Assembly: GCA_024681855.1 (NCBI GenBank)
Contig: JAILAB010000020.1
Location: 16,864 to 80,863 of the forward strand
Source of the DNA: Elusimicrobiales bacterium
GTDB taxonomy: Bacteria; Elusimicrobiota; Elusimicrobia; Elusimicrobiales; UBA9959
Length of the DNA stretch: 64,000 bases
Reading direction: 5' to 3'
Position 1 is the first letter of the stretch, and the number at the start of each line of letters is the position of its first letter. Shown one piece after another: positions 9,059 through 18,292 of this stretch. Position numbers and translations under genes: made by a program. Under the pieces are notes generated by a model. It made no database searches, had not been told where the DNA came from, and saw only the letters and a program-made list of their open reading frames with translations.

Positions 9059-10174
9059 TTATAAATTTTCTGCCGCATTGAAAGCTTGCGGAATGGCTTC
9101 AATGAGATCTGTTGCGATAATGCTGCGGGCATTTAAGGCTGCGGATGCATAAAAGCCGCATTTTCCATGAATCCAGGCTGCTAACACTGCGCTGTTGCAG
9201 GCAGTTTTATGCGTAAAGCCATTTGCTATGCCGTTCTGCATATATATTGCTGCCGTAATGCCAGCCAGAACATCGCCGCTGCCGCCTTTTGCCAGTTCGC
9301 TGCTTCCAGTATCATTGCGGAATATTTTGAAGATTCCGTTTTCTTTAGCATCGTAAGATTTATGGCATATAAGGGTTCCTGGCCCTTTCAGCATGACTAT
9401 TCCGCCGCAGATTTCAGCAAGCTCCATTGAGGCCTGCTCTCTTGATATTTCCTTATTGCAGCAGTAATTTTCTGTTCCTGATTCAAAAGAGCCTTTTTTT
9501 CTTGTCTGGCAGTTTTCAATGTTTTGGCGGTTTATCTTTTGCTTTTTTATTTTTTTGCCAAGCAGCCGCGCTGCTTCGCCCTCATGCGGAGTTATTATCA
9601 TAGGGAGAGCTTTTTTAGGAAATGAAATTTTGCGGAAGCCTCCAAGCATTGATATTGCATTAAGCGCATCTGCATCCGCTGCTATGGGAAGACAGGTATT
9701 TTCTAAAATGTTTTTTACTAAAACAGCAATGTTTTCAGAGCATGACAGCCCAGGACCTATGAGAATTGCGGAAATTTTACGTTTTTTTGCGAACTCCATT
9801 ATTTCCGCTGCGGCAGACGGCGCAAGCGCTCCGCATTCCTCGGACAGGCCTAATGTCATGGCTTCCGGCAATGCCGCAGCGATTATGGGACGTTCGCTAT
9901 GCGGGCAGGCTATGGTAACAAGTCCTGCTCCTGCCCGCAAGGCTGCGCGAGCTGCCAGAATTGCCGCGCCGGTCATGCCGCATGATCCGGCAATAATTAA
10001 CAGCGAACCGAAATCATATTTATTTGCGAATTCATGCCTGGCAGGCAAAAAGTTTTTCAGCGGCATTTCTGCTGATGAAGAAATTTCATAAGACGAAATA
10101 TTTCTATAGCAGGAATTTTTGTCGCTGCGCCTGGAAATTTCCGGCATTGCATGATTGTTTTCTCCGCTTAACAT
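9059..10174 (-). CDS. nnrD: ADP-dependent NAD(P)H-hydrate dehydratase (carbohydrate-kinase fold)
   Basis: 371 aa. KYDFGSLLIIAGSCGMTGAAILAARAALRAGAGLVT and C-terminal GGSGDVLAGI. Contains a Lys-rich insertion of about 35 aa (KKIKKQKINRQNIENCQTRKKG...). AGGA lies 8 nt upstream of the ATG. Confidence 0.85.
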   Translation of the reverse strand: MLSGENNHAMPEISRRSDKNSCYRNISSYEISSSAEMPLKNFLPARHEFANKYDFGSLLIIAGSCGMTGAAILAARAALRAGAGLVTIACPHSERPIIAAALPEAMTLGLSEECGALAPSAAAEIMEFAKKRKISAILIGPGLSCSENIAVLVKNILENTCLPIAADADALNAISMLGGFRKISFPKKALPMIITPHEGEAARLLGKKIKKQKINRQNIENCQTRKKGSFESGTENYCCNKEISREQASMELAEICGGIVMLKGPGTLICHKSYDAKENGIFKIFRNDTGSSELAKGGSGDVLAGITAAIYMQNGIANGFTHKTACNSAVLAAWIHGKCGFYASAALNARSIIATDLIEAIPQAFNAAENL

Positions 10175-10372
10175 AAATCAAATCCTTAGTATTATATTAT
10201 ATCAATATAAAAAGGAGATATTTCTGCCAGGCATGGGCTTGCGCATTAAAGTTGCAAGCGCAACATTAATTCGCTGTACGTCAAAATCCGTTTTATTGCA
10301 AAAATGCCGTATTAATGCTCTCCTTTAAGGCTTTATAAATTTTTTTTTATATAACGCTTATCGTCGGAATGT

Positions 10373-10386
10373 AGGACTTTAGTCCT
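10373..10386. promoter_or_regulatory. inverted repeat AGGACT-TT-AGTCCT upstream of the protease gene (candidate operator)
   Basis: 6+2+6 inverted repeat, read directly, 56 nt upstream of ATG 10442. A T9 tract lies at 10340-10348 in the same intergenic region. Confidence 0.25.
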
Positions 10387-10441
10387 TGATTTGTGTTTTG
10401 CTTATTCTTTAAACTAATTATATACTGTATTTGGAGGAGAC

Positions 10442-11500
10442 ATGAAAAACTTTTTGCCTATTTTATTTACCGCGCTTATGATAATGCCGTCTTTTGCGTC
10501 AGCATCCCGCATAATTTATGGTGATGACGATCGTCAGGATTATAGCGATTCTTCTTCCGCAATGCAAAGCCTTGCTGACTCTGTTGTTTCTATTTGGGAC
10601 AAAGACTATATCCTTTCTAAAGACGGCAAGTCATATTTGGCTACTGTCACTTTCCAGAAACGCGTTGGCCTTTGCGATGGAGAGGTTTTTGGCCAGCAGC
10701 CTGCCGGCGCCTTCTGCTCCGGCACGCTCGTGGGAGAGGATCTTATACTTACGGCAGGCCACTGTATAACTGATAGTGCATCTTGCGCAAAAGCCCGCTT
10801 TGTTTTTGGCTTCAATGACAAAGCTGTAAAGAACATAAAGCCTTTTAACGAGAATGTTTCGCTTGTTCCGGTTGATAATAATGATGTTTATTCCTGCTCA
10901 TCCATAGTGAAGCGTAACCTGGGCAAACAGCATAACAGTACAGTTGGCATGATATGGGATTATATCATGTACCAGCATGACAAGGTAGCCCCTGACTATG
11001 CTCTTATAAAACTTGACCGCAAAGTCAAAGGACATAAACCTCTGCCTGTTGAAAGGTCGAAAAACCTGAATGAAGGTGACAGTATATTTGTCATAGGGCA
11101 TCCCGTGGGACTGCCTGTAAAGGTTGCAGGCGGTGCGACTATACGCAACAACAAGCCTAAAAATTTCTATCTTACGGATCTTGATACCTTCGGAGGAAAC
11201 TCCGGCAGCGCTGTATTCAGTTCTGCTACAAACAAGATAATAGGAATACTTGTCCGCGGCAGCACTGATTTCGTGGATGCTCCCGATGGACGCAGCTGCA
11301 AGATTCAGAACCGTGTTCCGCAGGATTACGGCAAAGGAGAAGCTGTAAACCGCCTTGCTCCAGTGCTTAAATACATACCTGAAATTAGCGGCGCTAAAGC
11401 TGAGTCTTCTGATGTTTCAGCTAATGAGGTGGTTTCTGTGCCTGCCCCCAAGATTGAAAAAGACAAGAAATCAAAAACAAATATTAAAGTTGGATTCTAA
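10442..11500 (+). CDS. secreted trypsin-fold (S1 family) serine endopeptidase
   Basis: 352 aa. Signal peptide MKNFLPILFTALMIMPSFASA. Catalytic His in LTAGHC, Asp in PDYALIKLD, Ser in GGNSGSAVF. GGAGGAG RBS. Confidence 0.8.
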   Translation: MKNFLPILFTALMIMPSFASASRIIYGDDDRQDYSDSSSAMQSLADSVVSIWDKDYILSKDGKSYLATVTFQKRVGLCDGEVFGQQPAGAFCSGTLVGEDLILTAGHCITDSASCAKARFVFGFNDKAVKNIKPFNENVSLVPVDNNDVYSCSSIVKRNLGKQHNSTVGMIWDYIMYQHDKVAPDYALIKLDRKVKGHKPLPVERSKNLNEGDSIFVIGHPVGLPVKVAGGATIRNNKPKNFYLTDLDTFGGNSGSAVFSSATNKIIGILVRGSTDFVDAPDGRSCKIQNRVPQDYGKGEAVNRLAPVLKYIPEISGAKAESSDVSANEVVSVPAPKIEKDKKSKTNIKVGF

Positions 11501-11539
11501 TCCTATTAAAGGCAAATTATTCAATAAGTAAAGAAAAAT

Positions 11540-11569
11540 GCCCGCTACAAATGGCGGGCTTTTTCTTTT
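11540..11569 (+). terminator. rho-independent terminator after the protease gene
   Basis: gcccgc-tacaaatg-gcgggc followed by tttttctttt. Confidence 0.75.
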
Positions 11570-11712
11570 ATAGATATTGCAGGCATGCCAGCTCTAATAA
11601 AACTTTTTTTCTTGCAATATCCAATATTTTTTGCTTTATGGTATTATATAATGCAAGCCGCTTGTTTTAACTGTTTCATTTTTATTGCATTAGCTAAGCG
11701 GCGGAGGCGTTC

Positions 11713-12888
11713 ATGTTAAGATTATTGATTCTTTTTATTGCTTTTGCCATGCAGGCCTCTTATGCTCTTGCATCTGAAACAAAACTTCATGAATGGGCCA
11801 TACTTGTATATTTGGATGGCCAAGATCAGCATACATGCTCAAATGCTGAAGCCAAAGCCCGGCGGCTTGAAGCCATAGGCTCTACGGATAAGGTGAGCAT
11901 TCTTCTTGAAACTTCCATTCTTGACAGGAATAATCCTGGTGCTGAAAAAACAGCTGGAAGATATTTTTTGAAAAAATCAACTGATACCTATCATTTCTCT
12001 TCCAAGCCGGATGAAGAAATAAAAAATGCTGATATGCAGAATATGAAAGAATTGGCTTCATTCATAAAATGGGCCAAGAAAAATTATCCGGCAAAAAAAT
12101 ACATGCTGCTTCTTTGGACCAGGCATTATGATATGCCTTTAAGATGCCCTGGCTGTTATTTATATCGCGAAAATTTAAAAGCTTCTGAGACAGCTGATGC
12201 CATAAGGGAGGCTGGCGGCATTGATGTTTTAGGCATTGATTCTGATGGCCTTCAGTCTGCCGAATGGCTTTATGAATTTGATGGAGCAGCCAGGTATGCT
12301 GTGGGGTCTGTAGATAAAATGCTCCTGACAGGTTATAATTTTGAAGACTTTTTTGAAAAACTCAATGGCAACCCTGGCTCAAACCCGAAAAAGGCGGCAG
12401 AATATTTGGCCAAAGCCTTTGTATCTGAAATAGACAGGCTGGCAAGCTCCGGACAGCCTGTTGCGCAAGGCTATGCCCAGAGCGTAGCAGACCTTTCAAA
12501 AATGAAAGCTTTGAAGAAAAAGACTGATTATTTTGCAGCAGTCCTTAAAGCTGAAAAAGATAAGCGGAAAATTAAAGAGCTTCTCAATAATTCTCTGATT
12601 TTGGCAGACGGAAATGCCATAGAGCTTTGTGATTTTGCTAAGTCTGTTGCGGATAATGGCAGCGATAAGAAAATTGTGCGCGCCGCAAAAGCTCTTATAT
12701 CCCAAATAAATAAAACAGTTATCCTGAATTTGGCAAAAGATAATCCAAAATCCTATTGGGTAAAGAATTTGCCTCTAAGCCGTTCCTGCGGAATTTCTGT
12801 TTCACTGCCAAAAAGACAAACAGATAGTTTAGGGCGTTCATGGTCTGGCGGAAGCTGGGACTCCATGCTTAGGCAGCTTGATAATTAG
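11713..12888 (+). CDS. secreted clostripain (C11)-like protein, apparently without the catalytic Cys
   Basis: 391 aa with signal peptide MLRLLILFIAFAMQASYALA. C11-like blocks: WAILVYLDGQD, VSILLE, FIKWAKKNYPAKKYMLLLW, IDVLGIDSDGLQSAEWLYE. The position expected to read FDACLM reads IDSDGL. GGAGG RBS. Confidence 0.55.
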   Translation: MLRLLILFIAFAMQASYALASETKLHEWAILVYLDGQDQHTCSNAEAKARRLEAIGSTDKVSILLETSILDRNNPGAEKTAGRYFLKKSTDTYHFSSKPDEEIKNADMQNMKELASFIKWAKKNYPAKKYMLLLWTRHYDMPLRCPGCYLYRENLKASETADAIREAGGIDVLGIDSDGLQSAEWLYEFDGAARYAVGSVDKMLLTGYNFEDFFEKLNGNPGSNPKKAAEYLAKAFVSEIDRLASSGQPVAQGYAQSVADLSKMKALKKKTDYFAAVLKAEKDKRKIKELLNNSLILADGNAIELCDFAKSVADNGSDKKIVRAAKALISQINKTVILNLAKDNPKSYWVKNLPLSRSCGISVSLPKRQTDSLGRSWSGGSWDSMLRQLDN

Positions 12889-12944
12889 ATAAACAGTGTG
12901 TGTTTTTATTAAAAGCAGTCCGCGTATATATTTTTCTAGTATGC

Positions 12945-12973
12945 TTGATGTATTTTTAAAAAATACATATAAT
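12945..12973 (+). promoter_or_regulatory. sigma-70-type promoter TTGATG-N17-TATAAT whose spacer is a 21-bp palindrome (12948-12968)
   Basis: TTGATG at 12945-12950, TATAAT at 12968-12973, spacer exactly 17 nt. atgtattttt-a-aaaaatacat is a perfect 10+1+10 inverted repeat. Lies 36 nt upstream of the TolC-family ATG. Confidence 0.55.
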
Positions 12974-13008
12974 TTATCTAGGCACTAAACGCTTTTTAGG
13001 CGAATATT

Positions 13009-14400
13009 ATGAAAAAGCTCTTGTTGTTTGTCGTGTCTTTGCTGCCGGCGGCTATAGTCTGCCCGGCATTCGCTGGGCCCTCCTCTATATCTTTGGACGA
13101 GGCTGTGCAGCTTTCATTTAAACAGAATAAGGAAATAAAAGCAGCGCTTGAACAGGAGGAAGCCGCAAGGCAGGATCTGCGCTCAGCCAGAGGCATGTAT
13201 TTCCCCAAAATAGAGGCGGAAGGACGTTATGTCCGCATTAATGATCCGATTTCTCTTGATGTGAACGGAATACGTTCTGCCTTGATTGCCTCAAATGCTG
13301 CAACAGCTTTTGCTGCAACAGGCGGTAATGCCGCCATAGCCGCCGCAGTGCGCAATTCACTGGAATCTCAGCTTCCTTCCTTTGACATGCGCCTGCAGGA
13401 CCAGGATTATTTTAATTTTTCCATTTCCGCGGTTCAGACAATTTATGCCGGAGGCCGCATACATGCCGCTAATTCAGCAAAGAAAGCAGCATTGGCTTCC
13501 GCTGAAAGGGCCTCTGCCGCCGCTAAAGAAAAAATAACGGCAGAAGTAACAGAGGCATATTTTCGCCTAAAACTTGCGGAAAGAGTTGCGCAGATAAGAA
13601 AAGAAGCAAGGGAAGGCATAGCCAGCCATGATGATATGGCCCGCAAACTCCAGGAACATGGCATGATTCCTAAAGCCAGCCGCATGAGGGCTCAGGTAGC
13701 CCTTGCCAATGCGGAACGTGAAGAGAAAAAATCCCTCCGTGATGAGGAGCTGGCCGCAATATTGCTGGCAAATCTTCTTTCTGTTGAGCAGAGCAGTTTT
13801 ACTCTTACTACGGATTTCTCCATGCCGGAGGAGCCTGCCTCGGCTGATTCGTATATTGCCCAAGCCATTGCTTCAAATTCGGTTTTAAATTCTTTGGGAT
13901 ATGTTAAGAAACAGCTCGCAGCCGCTCATTCAGCGGAAAAAGGGAAGATGTTCCCTACTTTGGCGGCTTTTGGCAAATATGAGCTTTATAAGCATGATCT
14001 CACTGCCCTTGAACCTGAGTGGGCTGCCGGGCTTATGCTAAAAATTCCTTTGTTCAGCGGACTTTCCGATTATAGCAGCAGCAAGGCAATTGAAGCGAAG
14101 AGGGAAGCCGTCGGCAGCATTGCCGAAAATGCCGAAAGACAGATAAAAACTCTTGTCAGGAAGCTTCACCATGACATGCTTGCTGCTAAAGAGGAATATG
14201 AATCCTTAGGAAAGGCAGAAGAGCTGGCTGAGGAGAATCTGCGTTTAAACAGCCTTTCTTTTTCAGAAGGCATGGCAACTTCGCTTGAAGTTATTGATGC
14301 TCAATTGGCTTTAAGCAAGGCTAAAACCGACAGATGCCGGGCTTTGTATGATTATGCCGTGGCCCGCGCTGAGCTCATGCGCTCATGCGGCAGATATTGA
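13009..14400 (+). CDS. TolC-family outer-membrane efflux protein
   Basis: 463 aa. Signal peptide MKKLLLFVVSLLPAAIVCPAFA. Two OEP repeats (LSLDEAVQLSFKQNKEIKAA..., and a C-terminal ...LEVIDAQLALSKAKTDRCRALYDYAVARAEL). Confidence 0.85.
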   Translation: MKKLLLFVVSLLPAAIVCPAFAGPSSISLDEAVQLSFKQNKEIKAALEQEEAARQDLRSARGMYFPKIEAEGRYVRINDPISLDVNGIRSALIASNAATAFAATGGNAAIAAAVRNSLESQLPSFDMRLQDQDYFNFSISAVQTIYAGGRIHAANSAKKAALASAERASAAAKEKITAEVTEAYFRLKLAERVAQIRKEAREGIASHDDMARKLQEHGMIPKASRMRAQVALANAEREEKKSLRDEELAAILLANLLSVEQSSFTLTTDFSMPEEPASADSYIAQAIASNSVLNSLGYVKKQLAAAHSAEKGKMFPTLAAFGKYELYKHDLTALEPEWAAGLMLKIPLFSGLSDYSSSKAIEAKREAVGSIAENAERQIKTLVRKLHHDMLAAKEEYESLGKAEELAEENLRLNSLSFSEGMATSLEVIDAQLALSKAKTDRCRALYDYAVARAELMRSCGRY

Positions 14401-14429
14401 TTTTATTTATTGCTTTTAGAGGCCATTCT

Positions 14430-15314
14430 ATGAAAAATATTTTCCTTTTACTTATGTCTGTTTTGTTCTGCCCGCTTTTTTGCGCATGCTCAAAGCCTGC
14501 CGAAAGAATAACTGGAGAGGCTGAGGCCGCAGAAATAGATGTTGGCGTGAAAGTGCCAGGCCGACTTGCGGAACTTTTCGTGCGCGAAGGGGACATTGTT
14601 AAGAAAGGCCAGAAGCTGGCAAAGCTTGAAAGCAAGGAAATAGATGCCAAGAAAAAAACAGCTGAAGCTGCCCTTAAGGAAGCAGAGGAACAATTTGCCT
14701 TTGCCGGAAAGAGCTATAACAGGGTTAAGAGCCTTTATGAGAAAGGCGTTTTGCCTAAGCAGCAGTATGATGAAACGAACTATAAATACGAAGCAGCCAG
14801 ACAGAAGGTTGAGGCTACAAAAGGCATACTGAACGAAGTTAAAGCATATTATGATGAACTTTACCTTAAAGCTCCGATAGACGGTGAGGTTACATCTGTA
14901 ATTTCCAGGGCGGGAGAAATAGTTTCCGCAGGCTATCCCGTGCTTACAATTATGGACCCGTCGGATAAATGGATTGTTTTTAATTTGCGGGAAGACAAAC
15001 TGAAAGGCCTAAAGAAAGGCGATATGCTCCTTGCTGAAATTCCGGCATTAAACAAGAAAACCAATCTTAAGATTTTTTATATTTCCGCATTAGGGGCTTT
15101 CGCCAAATGGAAAGCTACCGATGAGCTTGGCTCTTTTGACCTTAAAACCTTTGAAGCCAGGGCCAGGACTGAGCAGCCGTTAGATGATCTGAGGCCGGGC
15201 ATGACAGTTTTCATCAATAGCCTGATTATAAAGAGCACGGCAGAAACAGATTCTGCCAGTGAAAACAAAGAAAATGTTAATGCTGCGGAAATGCATTCCG
15301 TGGCAGGCAAATAG
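14430..15314 (+). CDS. HlyD-family membrane-fusion (periplasmic adaptor) lipoprotein
   Basis: The ATG at 14430 has an AGAGG RBS. MKNIFLLLMSVLFCPLFCAC is a lipobox-like signal. Lipoyl hairpin (VPGRLAELFVREGDIVKKGQKLAKLE ... APIDGEVTSV) and a coiled-coil segment. Confidence 0.85.
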   Translation: MKNIFLLLMSVLFCPLFCACSKPAERITGEAEAAEIDVGVKVPGRLAELFVREGDIVKKGQKLAKLESKEIDAKKKTAEAALKEAEEQFAFAGKSYNRVKSLYEKGVLPKQQYDETNYKYEAARQKVEATKGILNEVKAYYDELYLKAPIDGEVTSVISRAGEIVSAGYPVLTIMDPSDKWIVFNLREDKLKGLKKGDMLLAEIPALNKKTNLKIFYISALGAFAKWKATDELGSFDLKTFEARARTEQPLDDLRPGMTVFINSLIIKSTAETDSASENKENVNAAEMHSVAGK

Positions 15315-15338
15315 GGCCATATCGGCAAAGCCCTGGCT

Positions 15339-16484
15339 ATGAAAGCAATGTTTCTTTCCTTTAAAAGGGAGATGAATCGGCTGTTTAAGAACAGAAAGCT
15401 GTGCATCCTTCTGTTCGCATGGCCATTTCTGTTTGCATCTTTTTTGGCTTCAATTTATACGGAAAAAGTCATAAGAAAAATGCCAATAGCCTTGTGCGAT
15501 GAGGATAATTCCTCAATTTCGCGATTGGCAGCAAGATATCTGAATGACACGCGCTCGCTAGACTTGTCTTATAGGGTCAGTTCCCCAGAGGAAATAAAAC
15601 AGCTGCTGCTTGAAGGCAAGATTGAAGGCGGGATATACATACCGCGAGGCTTTGCAGCGGATATGAAGCGAAATATTCAGGTGCCGCTAATAGCCTATGT
15701 CAATGGCGGAAACATGGTAATAGGCAATATGATAATGGCAGATGTCAAAACTATTGCCGGAACAATCTCCGCAGGAGTACGCATAAAATATTTGGAGAAA
15801 ACCGGCAGCTCAGTAAGCCAGGCCGGCGGCACTTTCATGCCTGTCGGAACAGAGAATTTCCGCTTGTTTAATCCTGGCGGGAATTATATGCGTTTTCTTG
15901 TGCCAGGCTTGTGGGGAGCGATTCTGCAGCAGATTTTCCTTACCATTAGCGCCTTGGCTTTGGCATCTGAAAAAGAAAAAAACACATTAAAGGAAGCCTT
16001 GACTGCTGCTGGCAGGCCATCTGACTTGCTTGCAGGCAAGCTGCTTGCCTATGCCGCGCTTTTCTTTGCTGTGCTGGATATGTTTGAATTTGCAATGTTC
16101 CCTTTTTTCGGCATTCCGGTAAAATCCGCTGGCGGCCTTGTTCTGGCAAACCTTCTGTTTTCTTTATCCGTAACTTCGGCAGGGCTGATGATAAGCGCAA
16201 TTGCGCCCACAGAGACTGATTCGCTTAAAGGCGTTCTGATAATAGGTGCTCCGGCTTTTATATTGTCCGGCTATATATGGCCTTTGGAATATATGCCTTC
16301 CTGGATAGCGGCATTCGCAAGCATTATACCGCTAATGCCTTATCTGAAAGCGATGCGGCCTCTTGCGGAATATGGCTGCCAGCTTGCAGATATTATTGTT
16401 CCTCTGCTTTCCATGACTGGAATGGCCGCTGTTTATTTCTGCATTGCCGCAATTTTATTGCGCAGGGAGATGTCAGATGCTTAA
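15339..16484 (+). CDS. ABC-2 type transporter permease (YbhS/YbhR/YhhJ-like)
   Basis: 381 aa. N-terminal FKREMNRLFKNRKL, TM1, a large periplasmic loop (PIALCDEDNSSISR...GGIYIPRGFAADM), then 5 C-terminal TM segments. Confidence 0.8.
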   Translation: MKAMFLSFKREMNRLFKNRKLCILLFAWPFLFASFLASIYTEKVIRKMPIALCDEDNSSISRLAARYLNDTRSLDLSYRVSSPEEIKQLLLEGKIEGGIYIPRGFAADMKRNIQVPLIAYVNGGNMVIGNMIMADVKTIAGTISAGVRIKYLEKTGSSVSQAGGTFMPVGTENFRLFNPGGNYMRFLVPGLWGAILQQIFLTISALALASEKEKNTLKEALTAAGRPSDLLAGKLLAYAALFFAVLDMFEFAMFPFFGIPVKSAGGLVLANLLFSLSVTSAGLMISAIAPTETDSLKGVLIIGAPAFILSGYIWPLEYMPSWIAAFASIIPLMPYLKAMRPLAEYGCQLADIIVPLLSMTGMAAVYFCIAAILLRREMSDA

Positions 16485-17661
16485 AGCCTTCATTAGTGTT
16501 TTCCTGCATGAGTTTAAGAGAATATTCTCTAATAGGCATTTAAGGCTGGTATGTCTTCTTTCTCCTTTTTTCTATGTCATTGTGCTTACCTCGGTTTATC
16601 ATGAAAAGCGCCTGACTGAAGTGCCTGTAGGAATTGCGGATCTGGATAAAACTCAAATCACAAGAGAGGCCGCAAGATTTTTAGATTCTTCTGAAAATCT
16701 AAGGATAGCGGGGCATTATGATTCTGCGGACGCAGCCCAGCATGATCTTGTAAAAGGCCGCATTTACGGATACTTTTACTTTCCTAAAGGCTTTTCCTCG
16801 GATATAAAAAAAGGCAAGAATGCTTCTTACAGGGTGGCTGCGGATTATATGAACATTGCGCTTGCTAATCCTATTTTCCTTGCATCAGCAGATGTTGCAG
16901 GCGAGCTTTCATCTGAACAATTTTCCATGCTGCCAGGGAAGCCCAGACTGTCAAGGGAAAGGGCCGCTGCCATTCGGAATCTGGTCAGGCCTCAAGTGCA
17001 TACTATTTTTAACCGTGAAATGAATTATGCGGATTTTTTCTTGCCCGGGCTTGTGGTCGTAATAATTCAGCAGGTTATAATAGTAAGCCTATGCTTCTGC
17101 GGTGCAGAAGACAAGCAGGAAAAGCTAACGGATATTTACCGCCTGTCTGGGCTAAATCCGTTCATAGCCGCAGGCGGAAGGATTGCGCCTTATATTCTTC
17201 TTAATTATGCTTTTTCTTGCTTATTCATTCTGATTTGGCTGCGTATTTTTGATTTGAGGCTTGCCCATAGCATGTCAGATTCTCTTCTGTTCATTTTTGT
17301 TTTTGTGTCCGCCTGCTGCTCATTCGGGCTTATGCTTTCTTCTTTTTTCCGTAAGACTGCTGATGTTTTTCTTGTGCTTATGTATTTTGCCATGGGAGCT
17401 TTTCTTGTTTCCGGCTATTCCTGGCCTTCCTATATGCTGCCGCTTATTGCCAGAATCGCGGCGCTGCCTATTCCGTCTACTTATTTCATGTCATGGCTGC
17501 GCATGGCCTTTGGCGCAGAATTGCCGCCAGCCGCGCTTACTTCGGATTTTTGGATACTGGCCGCTATGGCAATTAGTTATTTTATGGTCTCTGGAATAAT
17601 GTTCCGCCGCATATACTGCCATTCTTCGGGAAAAATTACAGCTGAAGAAACTGAAAAATGA
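16477..17661 (+). CDS. ABC-2 type transporter permease, second subunit
   Basis: Same architecture as the first (FLHEFKRIFSNRHL, PVGIADLDKTQITR...GYFYFPKGFSSDI). The ATG at 16477 has a GGGAG RBS and overlaps the upstream stop. Confidence 0.8.
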   Translation: MLKAFISVFLHEFKRIFSNRHLRLVCLLSPFFYVIVLTSVYHEKRLTEVPVGIADLDKTQITREAARFLDSSENLRIAGHYDSADAAQHDLVKGRIYGYFYFPKGFSSDIKKGKNASYRVAADYMNIALANPIFLASADVAGELSSEQFSMLPGKPRLSRERAAAIRNLVRPQVHTIFNREMNYADFFLPGLVVVIIQQVIIVSLCFCGAEDKQEKLTDIYRLSGLNPFIAAGGRIAPYILLNYAFSCLFILIWLRIFDLRLAHSMSDSLLFIFVFVSACCSFGLMLSSFFRKTADVFLVLMYFAMGAFLVSGYSWPSYMLPLIARIAALPIPSTYFMSWLRMAFGAELPPAALTSDFWILAAMAISYFMVSGIMFRRIYCHSSGKITAEETEK

Positions 17662-17872
17662 GCAGAATGAGCAGAATGAGCAGGCGGTAATGCCTATGCA
17701 AGCGCTATAATGCGCAAAAGTTATTTATTCCTGTTATTTTCCCATTAATGTGCCTCTATAATTGTTCTATTGACAGTAATTTGCTCTGCAAAAGATAAAC
17801 AGATATTATAAAATATAATATAATTTTAGCGGCAGCTTGCCTGAGGGCAAAGTTATTTTACAGGACTTGCTT

Positions 17873-18292
17873 ATGATAAAAATATTAGCGGTTGAGGATA
17901 ATAAAGCCATTGTAGATTTCTACTTTGAGTTTTTCACGGATTTCGGCTATGAGGTTCAAACTGCCGAAGATGCCGGCACGGCCATACAGAAACAGCAGTC
18001 ATTTCATGCTGATATTATGATATTGGATCTGGATATCCCTGGCGGCGGCGGAATTTATGTGTATGATACGGTACGCAATAAAATGAAAGACAATGTCCCT
18101 ATAATTTTCTCTACTGGCAAGCCTGAGAAGCTGGCAGAGCTTAGAGGGCTTTCAAATGTCTCTTCATTGGGAAAGCCTACGCCCCCAGAGAAACTTATTG
18201 CTGAAGTCCAGCGCCTTGCCGGAACAAAAAAAATGCCTCAGGCAGATCCAGGTTTTGCACCGCCTCCTCCGCCTCCAGGCCCTAAAAAATGA
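17873..18292 (+). CDS. stand-alone receiver-domain response regulator with a poly-proline C-terminal tail
   Basis: MIKILAVEDN (acidic pocket), ILDLDIPG (phospho-acceptor Asp), IIFSTG (Thr), GKP (Lys). No output domain. Ends with FAPPPPPPGPKK. The ORF-track start at 17837 is a non-ATG codon, so I prefer the ATG at 17873. Confidence 0.85.
   Translation: MIKILAVEDNKAIVDFYFEFFTDFGYEVQTAEDAGTAIQKQQSFHADIMILDLDIPGGGGIYVYDTVRNKMKDNVPIIFSTGKPEKLAELRGLSNVSSLGKPTPPEKLIAEVQRLAGTKKMPQADPGFAPPPPPPGPKK

Noticed and set aside
10233-10328. 31-codon ORF (MGLRIKVASATLIRCTSKSVLLQKCRINALL) in the nnrD/protease divergent intergenic region, downstream of an AGGAG
   Set aside because: The AGGAG-to-ATG spacing is about 15 nt, which is too long. 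The peptide has no signal, TM segment or known-motif character, and nothing in the sequence supports it.
10340-10348. T9 tract in the promoter region of the secreted protease, considered as a promoter-spacer phase-variation element
   Set aside because: I could not place convincing -35 and -10 hexamers around it, so any effect on spacing is unsupported. It is noted only within the operator-like feature at 10373-10386.
17658-17684. 9-nt direct repeat atgagcaga x3 (the last copy is atgagcagg) spanning the stop codon of the second ABC-2 permease
   Set aside because: It is very short, has only about 3 copies, and shows no spacer structure or flanking inverted repeats. It is most likely a trivial local duplication and is neither a CRISPR array nor a mobile-element end.
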